In this document: in pieces, positions 19,815 to 30,175 of the stretch
How the letters are laid out: each line of letters opens with the position of its first letter
How positions within the stretch are numbered: position 1 is the first letter of the stretch
Origin: Dehalococcoidia bacterium
GTDB lineage: Bacteria > Chloroflexota > Dehalococcoidia > UBA6926
Assembly: GCA_965207895.1 (NCBI GenBank)
Contig: CBDBNN010000001.1
Location: 182,312 to 246,311 of the forward strand
Direction of reading: 5' to 3'
DNA: 64,000 nt
The notes under the pieces: generated by a model
What the model was told of the DNA's origin: nothing
The model's database searches: none
Seen by the model: the letters and a program-made list of their open reading frames with translations, nothing else
Program-made: the position numbers and the translations under genes

Positions 19815-20108
19815 TCAGTGATAGTCGGTGATTTCGACGTCGGCGGGTCCGGCAGGTGTCCACGTGAAGCAGATTCGATACCTGTCGTTGACGCGAATAC
19901 TGTGTTGCCCGCTTCGATCTCCGGCCAGCCGTTCCAGGCGGTTGCCGGGAGGTATTCTGAGGTCTCCCAGAACGGAGGCGGAATCGATCTGGTCAAGCTT
20001 TCGATGAGCCACTCCCCATATCGGCATGGGACATGCCCGCAGGGCCGCTTGAGTGGATTGCCCGTTGAAGATGTCCTCTGTACCGCCGTCTCTGAATGAG
20101 ACAATCAT
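19815..20108 (-). CDS. higB: HigB toxin (RelE/ParE superfamily)
   Basis: MIVSFRDGGTEDIFNG...HRKLDQIDSA...NRLERLAGDRSGQHSIRVNDRYRICF is the HigB killer-protein pattern. Confidence 0.75.
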   Translation of the reverse strand: MIVSFRDGGTEDIFNGQSTQAALRACPMPIWGVAHRKLDQIDSASVLGDLRIPPGNRLERLAGDRSGQHSIRVNDRYRICFTWTPAGPADVEITDYH

Positions 20109-20589
20109 AAGTACATAATAGCACGGCTTTCGTGCTATGCCAAGATGCTAGCTTCACGCGGCCATCTCCAACGAGTCTGCCGGGGACAAGGTTGGGCGGG
20201 ACGTTCACCGCCTGCCCTCGCCGTCATCCTCTGAGTGAGCCGCGTTCCTGCGCATGTGGGCGCGGACGGCGACCTTGGCCAGGATGCGCAGCCCCTTGCG
20301 TATCGTCCTCCGCTGCTGAGGAGTATAGGACTCCATCGGCCTGTCGGAGGATGACTCGGGAGCATCCCTCCCCAGCCTCTTCTTTTGCCGGTTCCTCGTA
20401 TCTTCTCTATTGGTGTCTTTCATGTTGCCTAATCTCAGCGGCGGTTCGTTGGGCCGCTGGCCTCTCGTTACAGGTGTATTGGGTGGCCGCCGGGCACGGA
20501 CGGATGGGTGCGAGCGCCCGGCGGCGTTGTGGTGTCCTACCCCGCCGCGCCGCCGATGCGCCGGTTAGGGCGCCGGCGGGGGGTGCCGG

Positions 20590-20880
20590 CTAGCTCCTGA
20601 AGTGGGTCATCCGTAGCTCCTCCCCCAGGAGGATCGGAAGGCATCCGATGCGGTTGGCGAAGATGACCAAGGTGAGCATGGAGCCTCCGCTGGGCGCCCA
20701 GCCCTTGAGCCACCTTCGCAGCAGCTTGTAGTCGATGCCGGTGACCCTGCACAGGCCGCGCCAGGAGAGGCCGCTGGCCTCCTTGAGGCGCACGAGCCGC
20801 TGGGGGAAGTCCTCGGGCATGTCGGCGCCCTGAAGGGGCTCCATCTCGCTCCATCCGTCGATGTGATCGATGTTGGTCAT
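20590..20880 (-). CDS. Small HTH DNA-binding protein (possible excisionase/regulator)
   Basis: The internal ATG at 20880 gives a 96-aa protein with an HTH-like segment LVRLKEASGLSWRGLCRVTGIDYKLLRRWL. The N-terminal extension in the track ORF is low-complexity. Confidence 0.45.
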   Translation of the reverse strand: MTNIDHIDGWSEMEPLQGADMPEDFPQRLVRLKEASGLSWRGLCRVTGIDYKLLRRWLKGWAPSGGSMLTLVIFANRIGCLPILLGEELRMTHFRS

Positions 20881-21202
20881 GTCTATCCTCCATGTCGTAA
20901 AGCTTTGGGTTGTTGTTCCCAAGGCCATGTGCATCCGGCGGCGGATGCGACCGGAGGGCGGTCGCTCCCCACGCGCCGACTTCGACATGGGACCGGGTCT
21001 GTCTGTATCGACCCCGGCGGGCCGGTTCCGGGAGGTGATCACCGAAGTGAGCCGTCTCCCAGGGCCGCCGCGTCGAGCCGGACGGCGCTCCGTCCTCCGC
21101 TCCTCCGGGGGCCTCTTGCTATATCGTTATCCGGTGAACGCATCGGCTTTCCATCTCCTATCGGGTATTGAGCGGGAGTTTTCGCGACGCTCCCTGCGTC
21201 GT

Positions 21203-22864
21203 TCATTTCGCTTCCGTCGGCAGGGACTGGGGCGGCTCCCAGGCGGCGTCCGGGGTGCGCCAGGCGCGTCCCAGCGGTCCCAGGGAGTCGATGGCTTCTT
21301 TGTGGGAGACCCACAGGGGGACCGTGACCCGGCTGGCCTGCATCCGCTCCCGCGCCACGCGCAGGAAGTGGGTGGCGGCGATGTCGTCGTCGAAGACGAT
21401 GAGCACGTCGGGTCTGGCCCCGTGATCGTCCATGGGCCTGTGGGACGAGTAGTAGCGCAGATAGGGGGCGAGGCGCGTCGCCATCGTCGAGGGACGCACG
21501 GCGCGTCGCTCCCACTCCAGGAAGAAGGCCCACGTCTCTTCGCCCCTGCGCAGGACGCCGAAGGCGTCGGGGTAGACGGCGCGCAACCGTTCGTCGTGGC
21601 GGAAGTGGCGGGACGCCCTCCTGGGCGGGTCGAGCTGCGCTATCTCCCATCCCAGGTGCCGGGCCTGGCTCGCAAGCGCGGACAGAAAGACGTGGACGGC
21701 CTCGGTGTGCTCGATGTTCCTGAGAAGCTGGCGGCTCCTGCTGCCGGTGAGGTTGCGCCACTCGAAAGGCCCTTTGGCGTCCTCCGGGGCGACGCTCAAT
21801 CTCCTCCTCGCCGCCGCCACCGAGGTCCTGTCCCTGCGGGCGAGGAGGGCCAGTCCCCGGTCGGTGAGGGCCAGCCGTCCCTCCGCTTCGCGGGGCCTGA
21901 CGACGAGGCTGAAGCCCTCCAGTGGATTGATCAGCTGCGAGGCCCGCTGGGGCGATACTTCCAACAGACCGGCGAGTTCGCCGAGGGCGATCCAGGGCCA
22001 GTCGAATACCAGGTCGAGGGCGCGCTTCTCGGCGGGTCTGAGCGTCACGGGCAGCATGTGGTCGGCCATGTCGGCTACCGTTCCCATGACGGGCAGGTCT
22101 GCGGGGACCGACGCCAGTCCGGGATGCGGCTCCCCCGGAAACGCGCCGCCGGGGTCGGTCCTGTCCAGCGCATAGCGCAGGCTCACGGCTGCGTGGACCT
22201 GGGCCGGAGTCCAGATCGGGGCGTCTACGTCGGCCATGACCGTCTCGCGTTCGACGGCCAGGAGGGACGGAACGTCTGTGGTCGAGAGCATCCTGCGGGC
22301 GTGCCTGAGACGGACGGCGTCCGTCGTGAGGACGAGGACGACTCCGGGCATGGGTTCGTCCTTCAGTCGCCAGAGGCGCTGGGCGAAGACCGAGCGGTCG
22401 GCGGTGGGTCCCTGCCTCACGATGCCGACGGTCCTGCCGTCGGGAAGTTCTATACCCGCGTCCAGCTTGGATGAGCGGTACCAGCGGAAACGCAGGGGGT
22501 AGGCAACGTCGGAAGCGAGAGATGCGACGTGGTATATGGAAGCCAGGGCGTCCATGCGCTCCATCAGGCTTCGCCGCCACTCGGCGGAGACGGGGTGTGT
22601 ACGCACCAGGTCGTCAAGCGACATCCCGTCCCCATCTGCAAGCCTGCGCAGCCCCGCCCCGGTGAGGTGGAACCTCCGGGAGGGTGGAAAGGGATCGACG
22701 GCGTGGAGCACGGAGTCGCAGAGGCCGTCTGCCTGAAGTCTCTCCACGGCCTCGTGGACCGCGCCCTTGGACCGGCCCGTGACCGGGACCATCTCCCGGC
22801 GATTGAGGTAGGGCATGTCGGCCAGGATGCGGATGATCTGAGCTTCCAGTCCCGCGGGTCTCAT
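21203..22864 (-). CDS. Replication-relaxation (Replic_Relax) family protein, tandem two-module form
   Basis: The C-terminal half (HTEAVHVFL...RPDAFGVLRRGEETWAFFLEWERRA) matches the Replic_Relax pattern and the N-terminal half repeats it more weakly. GAGGAGG RBS. The start overlaps the T4CP stop (ATGA). Confidence 0.65.
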   Translation of the reverse strand: MRPAGLEAQIIRILADMPYLNRREMVPVTGRSKGAVHEAVERLQADGLCDSVLHAVDPFPPSRRFHLTGAGLRRLADGDGMSLDDLVRTHPVSAEWRRSLMERMDALASIYHVASLASDVAYPLRFRWYRSSKLDAGIELPDGRTVGIVRQGPTADRSVFAQRLWRLKDEPMPGVVLVLTTDAVRLRHARRMLSTTDVPSLLAVERETVMADVDAPIWTPAQVHAAVSLRYALDRTDPGGAFPGEPHPGLASVPADLPVMGTVADMADHMLPVTLRPAEKRALDLVFDWPWIALGELAGLLEVSPQRASQLINPLEGFSLVVRPREAEGRLALTDRGLALLARRDRTSVAAARRRLSVAPEDAKGPFEWRNLTGSRSRQLLRNIEHTEAVHVFLSALASQARHLGWEIAQLDPPRRASRHFRHDERLRAVYPDAFGVLRRGEETWAFFLEWERRAVRPSTMATRLAPYLRYYSSHRPMDDHGARPDVLIVFDDDIAATHFLRVARERMQASRVTVPLWVSHKEAIDSLGPLGRAWRTPDAAWEPPQSLPTEAK

Positions 22865-25394
22865 TCTCCGACCTCCTCGTCCTCTTCGTCGGTGTGGTTC
22901 TCGGTCGCCTGCTCGTCGTTCTCCTCCCGTTCGGCCTGCTCCAATGCCTCGACGCCTTTGTGAAATTCGTCCACCTTCCCGTGGCCCTCGGCGTCGGCGT
23001 AGTCTCCCTGGCGGGCCGAGACGGTGTAGCCTTGCGTAGCTGCACGTATGCGGTCGGCGACCGATGGGTCTCCTTCCTCAGGCTTGCGCACCTCCATCGA
23101 GAAGGCGGGCATCCGCTCGGTGCCCACGGTGGCGCGGACGTAGCAGTGGTGCACGGGCAGGGACACGACGTCGTCCTCGGACACCCGGTCCTTGCCAAGC
23201 TCCCACACCAGGGTCCTGGCGTCTGAGCCGGCCACCTGGAAGACGGCGAGGCAGCCGACGTTTGCGAGGATGGTGTCCCGCATGGTGCGGGAGAGGTCGT
23301 CCAGCTTGGCCAGGCTCTGTGTCGCCAGGATGAAGGACGCTCCGAACTTCCCAAGCTCCGACAACATCGACTCGTAGTCCACGCCGGGCATGGACTGCAT
23401 CTCGTCCACGACGACCAGCGCGCCGCGACGTTCCCTGAGAGATAGACTTCCCTGCTCCCGTATCACGGCGTCCACCAGGTTCAGGAGCGACGCGCCCACC
23501 AGGGCGGCCACGTCCCTGCCCACCGTTCCCTGGGAGGTGGAGACCAGCAGCACGCCGCCGTCGTGGATGGTCCTTCTCAGGTCGATGGTGGAGCGGCGCT
23601 GTCCCAGGATGGCCCTGGCCCGCTTGGACGATGCGTAGTAGGAGAGACGGGTCTGGACGGGGGCCAGGGCCTCCGCCTTGTACTGGCGGCCCCACTTGCC
23701 GAAGTCCCTGGCCCACCACTCCAGCAGGTAGGGGTCGGAGACCCTCTTGCGCACCTGCTTGGCGAACTCATCGTCCGAGAGCAGCTTCAGGCCGTCGAGG
23801 ATGGTGTACTGCTGTTCGGCCTCCATCTGCTCGTTGGCCTCGTGCAGCGTCTTGACGGTCTGTTCCAGGATCGACTGCATCCTCGGCCCCCACTGGTCCC
23901 AGAGGCCCTTGGCCACCCGCACCACCGAGTCGGCGGTGCGGTCCCGGTCTGCGAATACGCGGGTGTCCAGCAGATTGACGCCGGGGGAACGGCTCGCGTC
24001 CGACAGGTCTATCAGCCTCACCCTGTCGGCTATCTCCTCGGGGACGTGTTCGAGGATGCCCGCCACCAGGTCGGTGTGGGGGTCGATGACGACGATGGCG
24101 TCTTCGTCCCTGCCCGCCGCCTTCTCCCGCATCTTGTGGGCGACCACGTGGTGCATCAGCGTGGACTTGCCCATGCGGGTGCGGGCCACGTAGAGGTGGT
24201 GACGGCGCAGCAGGTCGTCGGGGAATCTGATCTCCCTCTTGGTACCCGCCGTGGTGTCGCCCACCAGCGCGCCGCCCCTGACTCCCTTCGCCGACGGGCT
24301 GAGCGCCCGTGCGCCGGACCGCTCCACCAACGGCGTCTCGTTCCCCGCTCCCGGCGGGTGCCAGAGGCAGGCGGCCTCCCGGACTCCCAACACGCTGCGC
24401 CTGCCGAACAGGCCGGGGCCTGTGGGATGCAGGTTCGTCCGGGGTCGGGAGCGACGGGCCTTACCTTGCTCACCTTGAACCTCGCCCCTGCCGGGTTGTC
24501 GAAGTGCCGGTAGGCGGCGGCAACCCTCCTCATGAGCTCCTCGGCCCGCTCGCGCCCCGTGTCGTCCGGCATGATCGCCGTGACCCGTATCTCGGCGTCG
24601 AAGGCGATGCGGGAGACCTTCTCCCTGATGAGCAGGGGGTCTTCGACCCGGTTCCTCGCCTTCTTGAAGCGGTGCCATGCCCAGCCACCGATGCCAAGCC
24701 CCAGGGCCGTTCCGATGCCAAGCAGCACCGTCTTCCACGTCTCGCCGTCCTGCACCCACAGGTAGCCCTGGAGGGCTGCGAGAGCGCCGACGCCGAGGAC
24801 GGCCATGGTCACCCCGTCCATCTGGAGGGGCTTGGTTTGGTAGGTGTAGGACGGCTCCCGCTGCTCCTGGCCGGGCCGCTTGTGGGCCTTCTCCATGTGG
24901 TGCTGGGACCAGTCGGGGCCGAGGGAGTTCAGCTTGAGTTGAGCCACCACGCGCTCCCCCTCGTAGAGGGACGACAGCGCGCCCATGAGGGCAATCAGAG
25001 GGTCGGAGCCGGGGTCGAGCAGGTCGTCGTCGCGGAAGGTGCGCAGGGGGACATACTCGGGGCCGTCGGCCCTGAGCGTCATCGACCATGCCTGCTCCCC
25101 CTCCCTTAGCCACAGCGGGTCTTCCCAGGGATGCACCTCCTGTATGCGGGCCTGGGGATAGTGGGCGGCGATCTGGCCGCGTACCACCCGGTCGTCGATG
25201 CAGCGGGCCATCAGCGTCACGCCGTCCATGTCCCCGGCAAGCTCCAGGGAGAAGGGCTCAGGCACCGCGATTGACTGGAGGAGGTTCTCCACGCCCAGCA
25301 ACGTCCGCTCGCCCGTCCTCGGCGGCGTCACCGCAAGCAGCGCCGGGGTCTTGTCGTCGCTTCCAAATAGTTTGCGTATCGGGTTCTGTTTCAT
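22861..25394 (-). CDS. Type IV secretion coupling protein (VirD4/TraG/TraD-like), apparently frameshifted near 24.3-24.4 kb
   Basis: The N-terminal part (25394 down to about 24400: two TM helices and an all-alpha region) and the C-terminal part (about 24300 down to 22861: Walker A ARTRMGKST, VVVDEMQS, ATQSLAKLDDL TraG-D_C-like) lie in different frames. GGGAGGAG RBS before 25394. Confidence 0.6.
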
Positions 25395-25409
25395 TTCTGT
25401 TACTCCTCC

Positions 25410-27665
25410 CTACGTATGGGTCTCTTCTGCGTTCTCGCCTCTCTGTCGGTGTCCGCCCGGTCTCCACTCGATGACCTCCGTTTCCTCCGGGGTGGCCTCG
25501 ATGCGGACGGGGAAGCGGTGTCCCTTCGCCAGCAACAGTCCGTCCCCACGGGGACACGACAGCAGCCAGCGCTGGAGGTCTTCGGGCAGGTCGAAGGCGT
25601 CGCCCACGGTGCCTATGGCAGCCGCGTCCTGCTGCAAGAGCAGCTTGAAGGCGGCGTTCTGGAGAAGCGCCCTCCCCGAATGGCCGGTGATGGTCCTCGA
25701 CGAGTCCTCGGACAAAAGGTCCTGGACGTCCTGGGTGATGAACTGAAGCCCCAGCCGGTGTTTCCTGGCGCGTTTCGCCATAGACACCATGAAGGCCGCG
25801 CCCTCGGGGTGCTGCATGATGCTCCACACCTCGTCCACCACCAGCAGCCTCGGCTTGGGGTTCTGGGCGGCCGCCGCCCACACCGTCTCGGTGCAGACCA
25901 TCGCCGCAGCGGGCCTAAGCTCCGGTTCGAGGAGACGCAGGTCGAAGACGGTGACGAGTGCTTCGCTCCCCAGCAGGTCGTCCCCCTCGTCGGAGAGGAG
26001 GTTGCGGAGGCTGCCGGTGGCGAAGGGCCTCAGCAGGTGGGCTATGTCCGGGGCCTGCCCTTCCAGGTATGTGTAGAAATCACGGAAGCCTGTGCGTTCG
26101 CGGTGCTGGGCGTAGTAGCCCGCCAGGGCGTGGTCCAGGGAGGCCCTGCGCTCCGCTCCGAGACTCTCACCCACCATGACTTCAATGAGCCTTCTCAGGC
26201 TCCCGATCCTCTGGAGCAGCTCCTCGTCGTCTCCCCGGTCGATGACGAAAGGGTTCATGCCCTGGCCTTCCACTCCGGGAGACAGCACCCTGCCTCCGGC
26301 GGCGCGAGCCATGTCCGCGTACTCCCCCTCCGGGTCGATGACGTAGGCGGTGACGCCGCGCGTCAATCCCCTGAGCACTCCGAGCTTGGTTGCGAAAGAC
26401 TTGCCGCTGCCCGACCGTGCGAGGACTGCCGTGTTGGCGTTGAGATGGGTGCCGTCCCAGGGGTCGTAGACCACGGGGGAGCAGGCCCGCATGTCAACGC
26501 CGTAGAGGGTGCCGCTGCGGGTATCCAGGTCCGGCGGCGAGAAGGGGAAGAGCCGGGCCAGAGAAGACGTGTCCAGGGTCCTCCACTCGGCCACGGCGTT
26601 CAGGGCCAGGGGCAGCGTCGAGAGCAGCCCCTCGCGTTGGCGGAAGGCCAGGTTGTCCAGCTTGCCGAGAGTGGCGGCAAAATGGGCCTTGGCCCTCTGG
26701 GTCATCTCCTTCAGCGACGCCTCGTCCTTCGCGTGGAGGGTCACGGATAAAGAGGAGTGAAAGAGACGCTCACGTCCGCGCTGCACCTCGTCGCGGAGCC
26801 GGGTCACGTCTTCCAGGGCGATCTCCGCCTCGGGCGACATGGTGCGGCCACGCTTGAACGAGAGACTCTGCGCCGATTCGAACCTGACCTTCTGCCACTC
26901 CAATGTCCTGGCCGCCTGCTCGGCGGGGATCGGCCCCAGATGAATGGACAGGTCCATGGGCGCTCCCGCCGCCATCAGCCCTTGCAGGAACCCTGGGGCC
27001 AGCGATCTGGGCCACTTGCCCAGGTGAAGGGAGCGGATGAGATGCGTGCCAATGCGCATGTCGCGCCGGTTGACCTGCACCTCGATCTCTTCGTTCTCGT
27101 CCACGTCAACAGGCGAGCCACCCAGGGCTGCGGCTACAAGGAACATTCGAAGCTGCCTGCCCCTGAGGGGGTGGACGGAGAGTCCGGCCCTCGCCAGCAG
27201 GCCCCGCAGCTCGTCGATACGGGAGTGCTCGCAGACGGCGTAGAAGCGCCGGTCCAGGATGCCGTCCCGGGTCTCTAGGTCGGTGAGCAGGCGCCTGAGC
27301 GACTCCGATGCCGCTCTCGTCTGCGGCGGCAGGTCGTCGGGTTGGGCCTCTTGCAGCTTCTCACGCAGACCGCCAAGGCGCGGCGGGTGCTGGCGCATGA
27401 GCAGCTGCACCGGGAAGTCGAGGGCGTTGAGCGCCCCGGCGAAGGCCCCCAGCTTCGGCTCGTCGATCTCAAGCCCCATCACCTCGCACACTCCCATCTT
27501 CACCCCGTCCAGCCGCACGGGGCCGTCCTCCTCCAGGTGCGACAGCATGAAGAAGAAGGGCAGACCGGGCGGCGGCTTCGGAACCGGAGCGGTCCCTTCG
27601 GGCGGCGCGGCGTCCGCCGTCCGCTCCGTGTTTCGTCTCTTGATTCGTTCGAGCAGCTCTTTCAA
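25410..27665 (-). CDS. VirB4/TraE/TrsE-type conjugative transfer ATPase
   Basis: Walker A LARSGSGKSFATK and Walker B LLVVDEVWSIM. Start is placed at the TTG at 27665, 9 nt after AAGGAG. The track ORF extension is low-complexity and overlaps the upstream gene. Confidence 0.8.
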   Translation of the reverse strand: MKELLERIKRRNTERTADAAPPEGTAPVPKPPPGLPFFFMLSHLEEDGPVRLDGVKMGVCEVMGLEIDEPKLGAFAGALNALDFPVQLLMRQHPPRLGGLREKLQEAQPDDLPPQTRAASESLRRLLTDLETRDGILDRRFYAVCEHSRIDELRGLLARAGLSVHPLRGRQLRMFLVAAALGGSPVDVDENEEIEVQVNRRDMRIGTHLIRSLHLGKWPRSLAPGFLQGLMAAGAPMDLSIHLGPIPAEQAARTLEWQKVRFESAQSLSFKRGRTMSPEAEIALEDVTRLRDEVQRGRERLFHSSLSVTLHAKDEASLKEMTQRAKAHFAATLGKLDNLAFRQREGLLSTLPLALNAVAEWRTLDTSSLARLFPFSPPDLDTRSGTLYGVDMRACSPVVYDPWDGTHLNANTAVLARSGSGKSFATKLGVLRGLTRGVTAYVIDPEGEYADMARAAGGRVLSPGVEGQGMNPFVIDRGDDEELLQRIGSLRRLIEVMVGESLGAERRASLDHALAGYYAQHRERTGFRDFYTYLEGQAPDIAHLLRPFATGSLRNLLSDEGDDLLGSEALVTVFDLRLLEPELRPAAAMVCTETVWAAAAQNPKPRLLVVDEVWSIMQHPEGAAFMVSMAKRARKHRLGLQFITQDVQDLLSEDSSRTITGHSGRALLQNAAFKLLLQQDAAAIGTVGDAFDLPEDLQRWLLSCPRGDGLLLAKGHRFPVRIEATPEETEVIEWRPGGHRQRGENAEETHT

Positions 27666-27684
27666 CTCGGTTGACTCCTTCGTG

Positions 27685-28002
27685 CTAGGGGGTGGGGAAC
27701 GGGACGATGCCGCTGCGCAGCAGTGCGGCGACGGCCTTGGCCAGCAGCACCAGCACAAGGCCCACGACTGCCATGACCACTGCGGTCTTGGCCCTGCCGC
27801 CGCCACGCTCCTCCGCGCCCTCGGCCATCAGGACGAAGCCCGCCCAGACGACGGCGAAGACGGCGAGTCCGGCGGCGGCGTAGGCCATCGCGGTCAGCAC
27901 CGCGTCGAAGGCGGCCAGCATCGCCCGCTCCTCGGCCGGGGCCGCGCCGACGGTCGCCAACGCAGCCCCGGCAAGGAGGATTGCCGTCCATGCCCGTCTC
28001 AC
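27685..28002 (-). CDS. Small secreted two-helix membrane protein (VirB2/TrbC pilin-like, tentative)
   Basis: GTG start overlapping the upstream stop (GTGA). A signal-like N-terminus is followed by two hydrophobic helices. Location between the PrgI-like gene and VirB4. Confidence 0.4.
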   Translation of the reverse strand: MRRAWTAILLAGAALATVGAAPAEERAMLAAFDAVLTAMAYAAAGLAVFAVVWAGFVLMAEGAEERGGGRAKTAVVMAVVGLVLVLLAKAVAALLRSGIVPFPTP

Positions 28003-29702
28003 CAGAGCCTGCCCTCAGCTTGACTGGGGGGCCACTCCCATCCCAACCGGCGGAACCAGTCGGTCAGGTCGCCGCCGGGCGTCTGCTCGGCGGGCGGGTC
28101 CTCCGGCTCAGGCTCCGGCAGAATCAGCACCGCAAAGGCGTCGTCGGATCCGATTTCGGAGGCCAGGGATAGGGACTCTTCCCTTGTCCTGGTGAGGGGT
28201 TCCCGGTCGGTCGTCTCGGCCTTGACGTGCTCGGGATGGACGATGGTGAGGGTCACGTCCCTCTGTACCGTCTCGCCGGGCACCGACAGGGTGGCGGAGA
28301 CGGTGTGCTCCGTGGTCGTTCCGTCATCGCTGGTGACGGTGACCGTCTCGCTGACGGTTTGGGTCGTTCCCGGCCGGTAAAGGCTCACCGTCTCGGTGCG
28401 CTTCTCCGTCCGCTCAGGGTGGTGGGTGAGCGTGGTCAGCGGAGGGATGGGGATGCGTAGGCTCGCCTCAAGGCCCACGTCCACGCTCACGGCGTGAATC
28501 GCCTCGCCGGTGGGCACGGCGAGCCGGAAGCTCGTCTCTCCGTCGGGGACGAATGCGACGCTCGCGGTCGATGCTCCCGTCGTGGCAACGACCGTCCCCG
28601 TGATGGCAGTCACCCCGGCGTCCATGAGCGCCGTCTCGGTGACGCTCTCGTGTCCGACCACCGTCTGAAGCTCGACCGGGTGCTCGACGGCGTCAACGCA
28701 GTCGGACTCGACGACGCCGGTGACGATCCCCGGCGTCCAGCCGAGGGAGATCACGTTCAGGTTGCACAGCTCGCCCTCGACTTCGGGGAGCGGGTACGGT
28801 ATCCGGTCATGCTCCCAGGTGAGCGCTCCCGCCTGTCCCAGCGCGTCCTCCCAGGAAACGGCAAAGGAGGGCATTGGTCCGTTGAGGGGCAGCGAATAGT
28901 CGATGCTCTCTCCCTCTGTCAGCGTCGCCGAGCCCCAGAAGCGGAGGGTCGTGCCCTGGCTGCCCCCGAAGGCTCTCACCCGGATGTCCAGGTCGGTGGC
29001 GGCTCTGAGCGTCACCGCGGCCCGGTCGCCGGAGACGGTAAGCGCCTCGACGAATATCCGTCGCCCCTCGACCGGGTCCGTGACCTCGAATTCGATCTCG
29101 TCCCGCCAGGGCTCGTGGCCGTCTGCAAAAACCGATTGGGGGACGGTGGCGGCGGCCGCCACTGCAACGACCGCCATGACCGCTATCCAGCCCTTCGGGC
29201 CGTGGCCCTGGCTGTCGCGGCCCGCCTTGCGGGAACGGCGCTTGCCGAACCAGCAGTGGGGTCGGAAGGGCTTTCTCTCCCCGTTGCGCTTCTGCTTCCT
29301 GCGGCGGCGCAGCCTCTTGAGGGCCTTTCCGGCCCGCCTCGCCATCAGCCGCAGGGGGCCGGGGCCGCTCTTCACCGGCTGCAACGGGGCGGGCGGCTCA
29401 GGACGCACCAACCCGGACACCGGGCCTGCATAGACCCGCGCCCCAAGCCGGTACTTGAGGAGGTCGGCGGCCACCAGCGGCAGCCGCCGGCCTCCTATCT
29501 TTCCCACGACGACGGCGATCCCAGTCAGCCCGAACAGGACGGCGATTCCCATCCGCACCTCGTTCGGCCCCACGGGGGCGTAGCGGTATGCGCCGTAGGA
29601 CAGGGCGCACACCGCCACCACCGCCACGATCTGCGGGAAGGTGAACCACAGCAGCACCCTGTCCTCGGCCTGCACGTGGGTCGGTACCTCGTGTTCTCTC
29701 AT
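27999..29702 (-). CDS. Conjugation membrane protein with PrgI/TcpE-like N-terminus and a large Thr/Val-rich extracellular domain
   Basis: N-terminal EDRVLLWFTFPQIVAVVAVCALSYGAY resembles PrgI/TcpE-family TM segments. 567 aa. AGGAAGGAG RBS. Confidence 0.45.
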   Translation of the reverse strand: MREHEVPTHVQAEDRVLLWFTFPQIVAVVAVCALSYGAYRYAPVGPNEVRMGIAVLFGLTGIAVVVGKIGGRRLPLVAADLLKYRLGARVYAGPVSGLVRPEPPAPLQPVKSGPGPLRLMARRAGKALKRLRRRRKQKRNGERKPFRPHCWFGKRRSRKAGRDSQGHGPKGWIAVMAVVAVAAAATVPQSVFADGHEPWRDEIEFEVTDPVEGRRIFVEALTVSGDRAAVTLRAATDLDIRVRAFGGSQGTTLRFWGSATLTEGESIDYSLPLNGPMPSFAVSWEDALGQAGALTWEHDRIPYPLPEVEGELCNLNVISLGWTPGIVTGVVESDCVDAVEHPVELQTVVGHESVTETALMDAGVTAITGTVVATTGASTASVAFVPDGETSFRLAVPTGEAIHAVSVDVGLEASLRIPIPPLTTLTHHPERTEKRTETVSLYRPGTTQTVSETVTVTSDDGTTTEHTVSATLSVPGETVQRDVTLTIVHPEHVKAETTDREPLTRTREESLSLASEIGSDDAFAVLILPEPEPEDPPAEQTPGGDLTDWFRRLGWEWPPSQAEGRLW

Positions 29703-29723
29703 TGCTTTCTCCTTCCTGCCCGC

Positions 29724-30017
29724 CTATTTATCGGGAACTTCTGTGGGTGCCGGGGTCGGATCGGGCACGGTGACATCCACCGGGGAACCGACGACGGCGT
29801 TCATCACCAGCTCCACGACCCCGTAGGCCACCATCGCAAGGACGATGCCCGCCAGGGCGGTCATCATGGCGCTCTTGCCGCGCTCCATCTGGTGGGGTGC
29901 TCCGCTGGCCGTCAGGTACAGGTAGGCCCCGTAGATGAAGAAGCCCACGCCCACGACTCCCACGATTCCCAGCAGGATGCCCACCAGGTTCGATATGGTC
30001 TGTGTCAGGTTTTCCAT
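29724..30017 (-). CDS. Small two-TM membrane protein (pilin-like, T4SS-associated)
   Basis: 97 aa with two hydrophobic helices and a Pro/Thr-rich tail. Located within the T4SS operon. Confidence 0.4.
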   Translation of the reverse strand: MENLTQTISNLVGILLGIVGVVGVGFFIYGAYLYLTASGAPHQMERGKSAMMTALAGIVLAMVAYGVVELVMNAVVGSPVDVTVPDPTPAPTEVPDK

Positions 30018-30175
30018 CTGTTTTCGCTCCTTTCAGTTGCCGGACACTTGCTCGGCCCGGCGCTCATTTCCTTGTCCTGTTGCTTCTACGCCTTCCTTCT
30101 ATCTGCACATCTCTTCGCCTCCGTCGTGGTATCGGTCGGCGCTTGTCTCGTCCGCGCCTGTGGATTTGCTAGTCG

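Noticed and set aside
20132-20593. 153-aa plus-strand ORF and the 72-aa minus-strand ORF at 20205-20423
   Set aside because: No RBS. Cys/Arg-rich low-complexity translation in an about 480-bp intergenic region. The 72-aa ORF is conceivable but unsupported.
20870-22580. 534-aa plus-strand and 513-aa minus-strand ORFs
   Set aside because: They overlap the Replic_Relax gene (21203-22864) out of frame or antisense. Their products are Pro/Arg/Gly-rich nonsense, whereas the retained frame shows family-specific motifs.
22614-25109. ORFs 22614-23354(-), 23563-24513(+) and 24309-25109(+)
   Set aside because: Out-of-frame or antisense shadows of the T4CP gene. They are low-complexity, and the retained frames carry Walker and TraG-D_C motifs.
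25416-28023. ORFs 25416-26750(+), 26757-27278(+) and 27259-28023(+)
   Set aside because: Antisense to VirB4 and the pilin-like gene. No motifs and Arg/Gly-rich.
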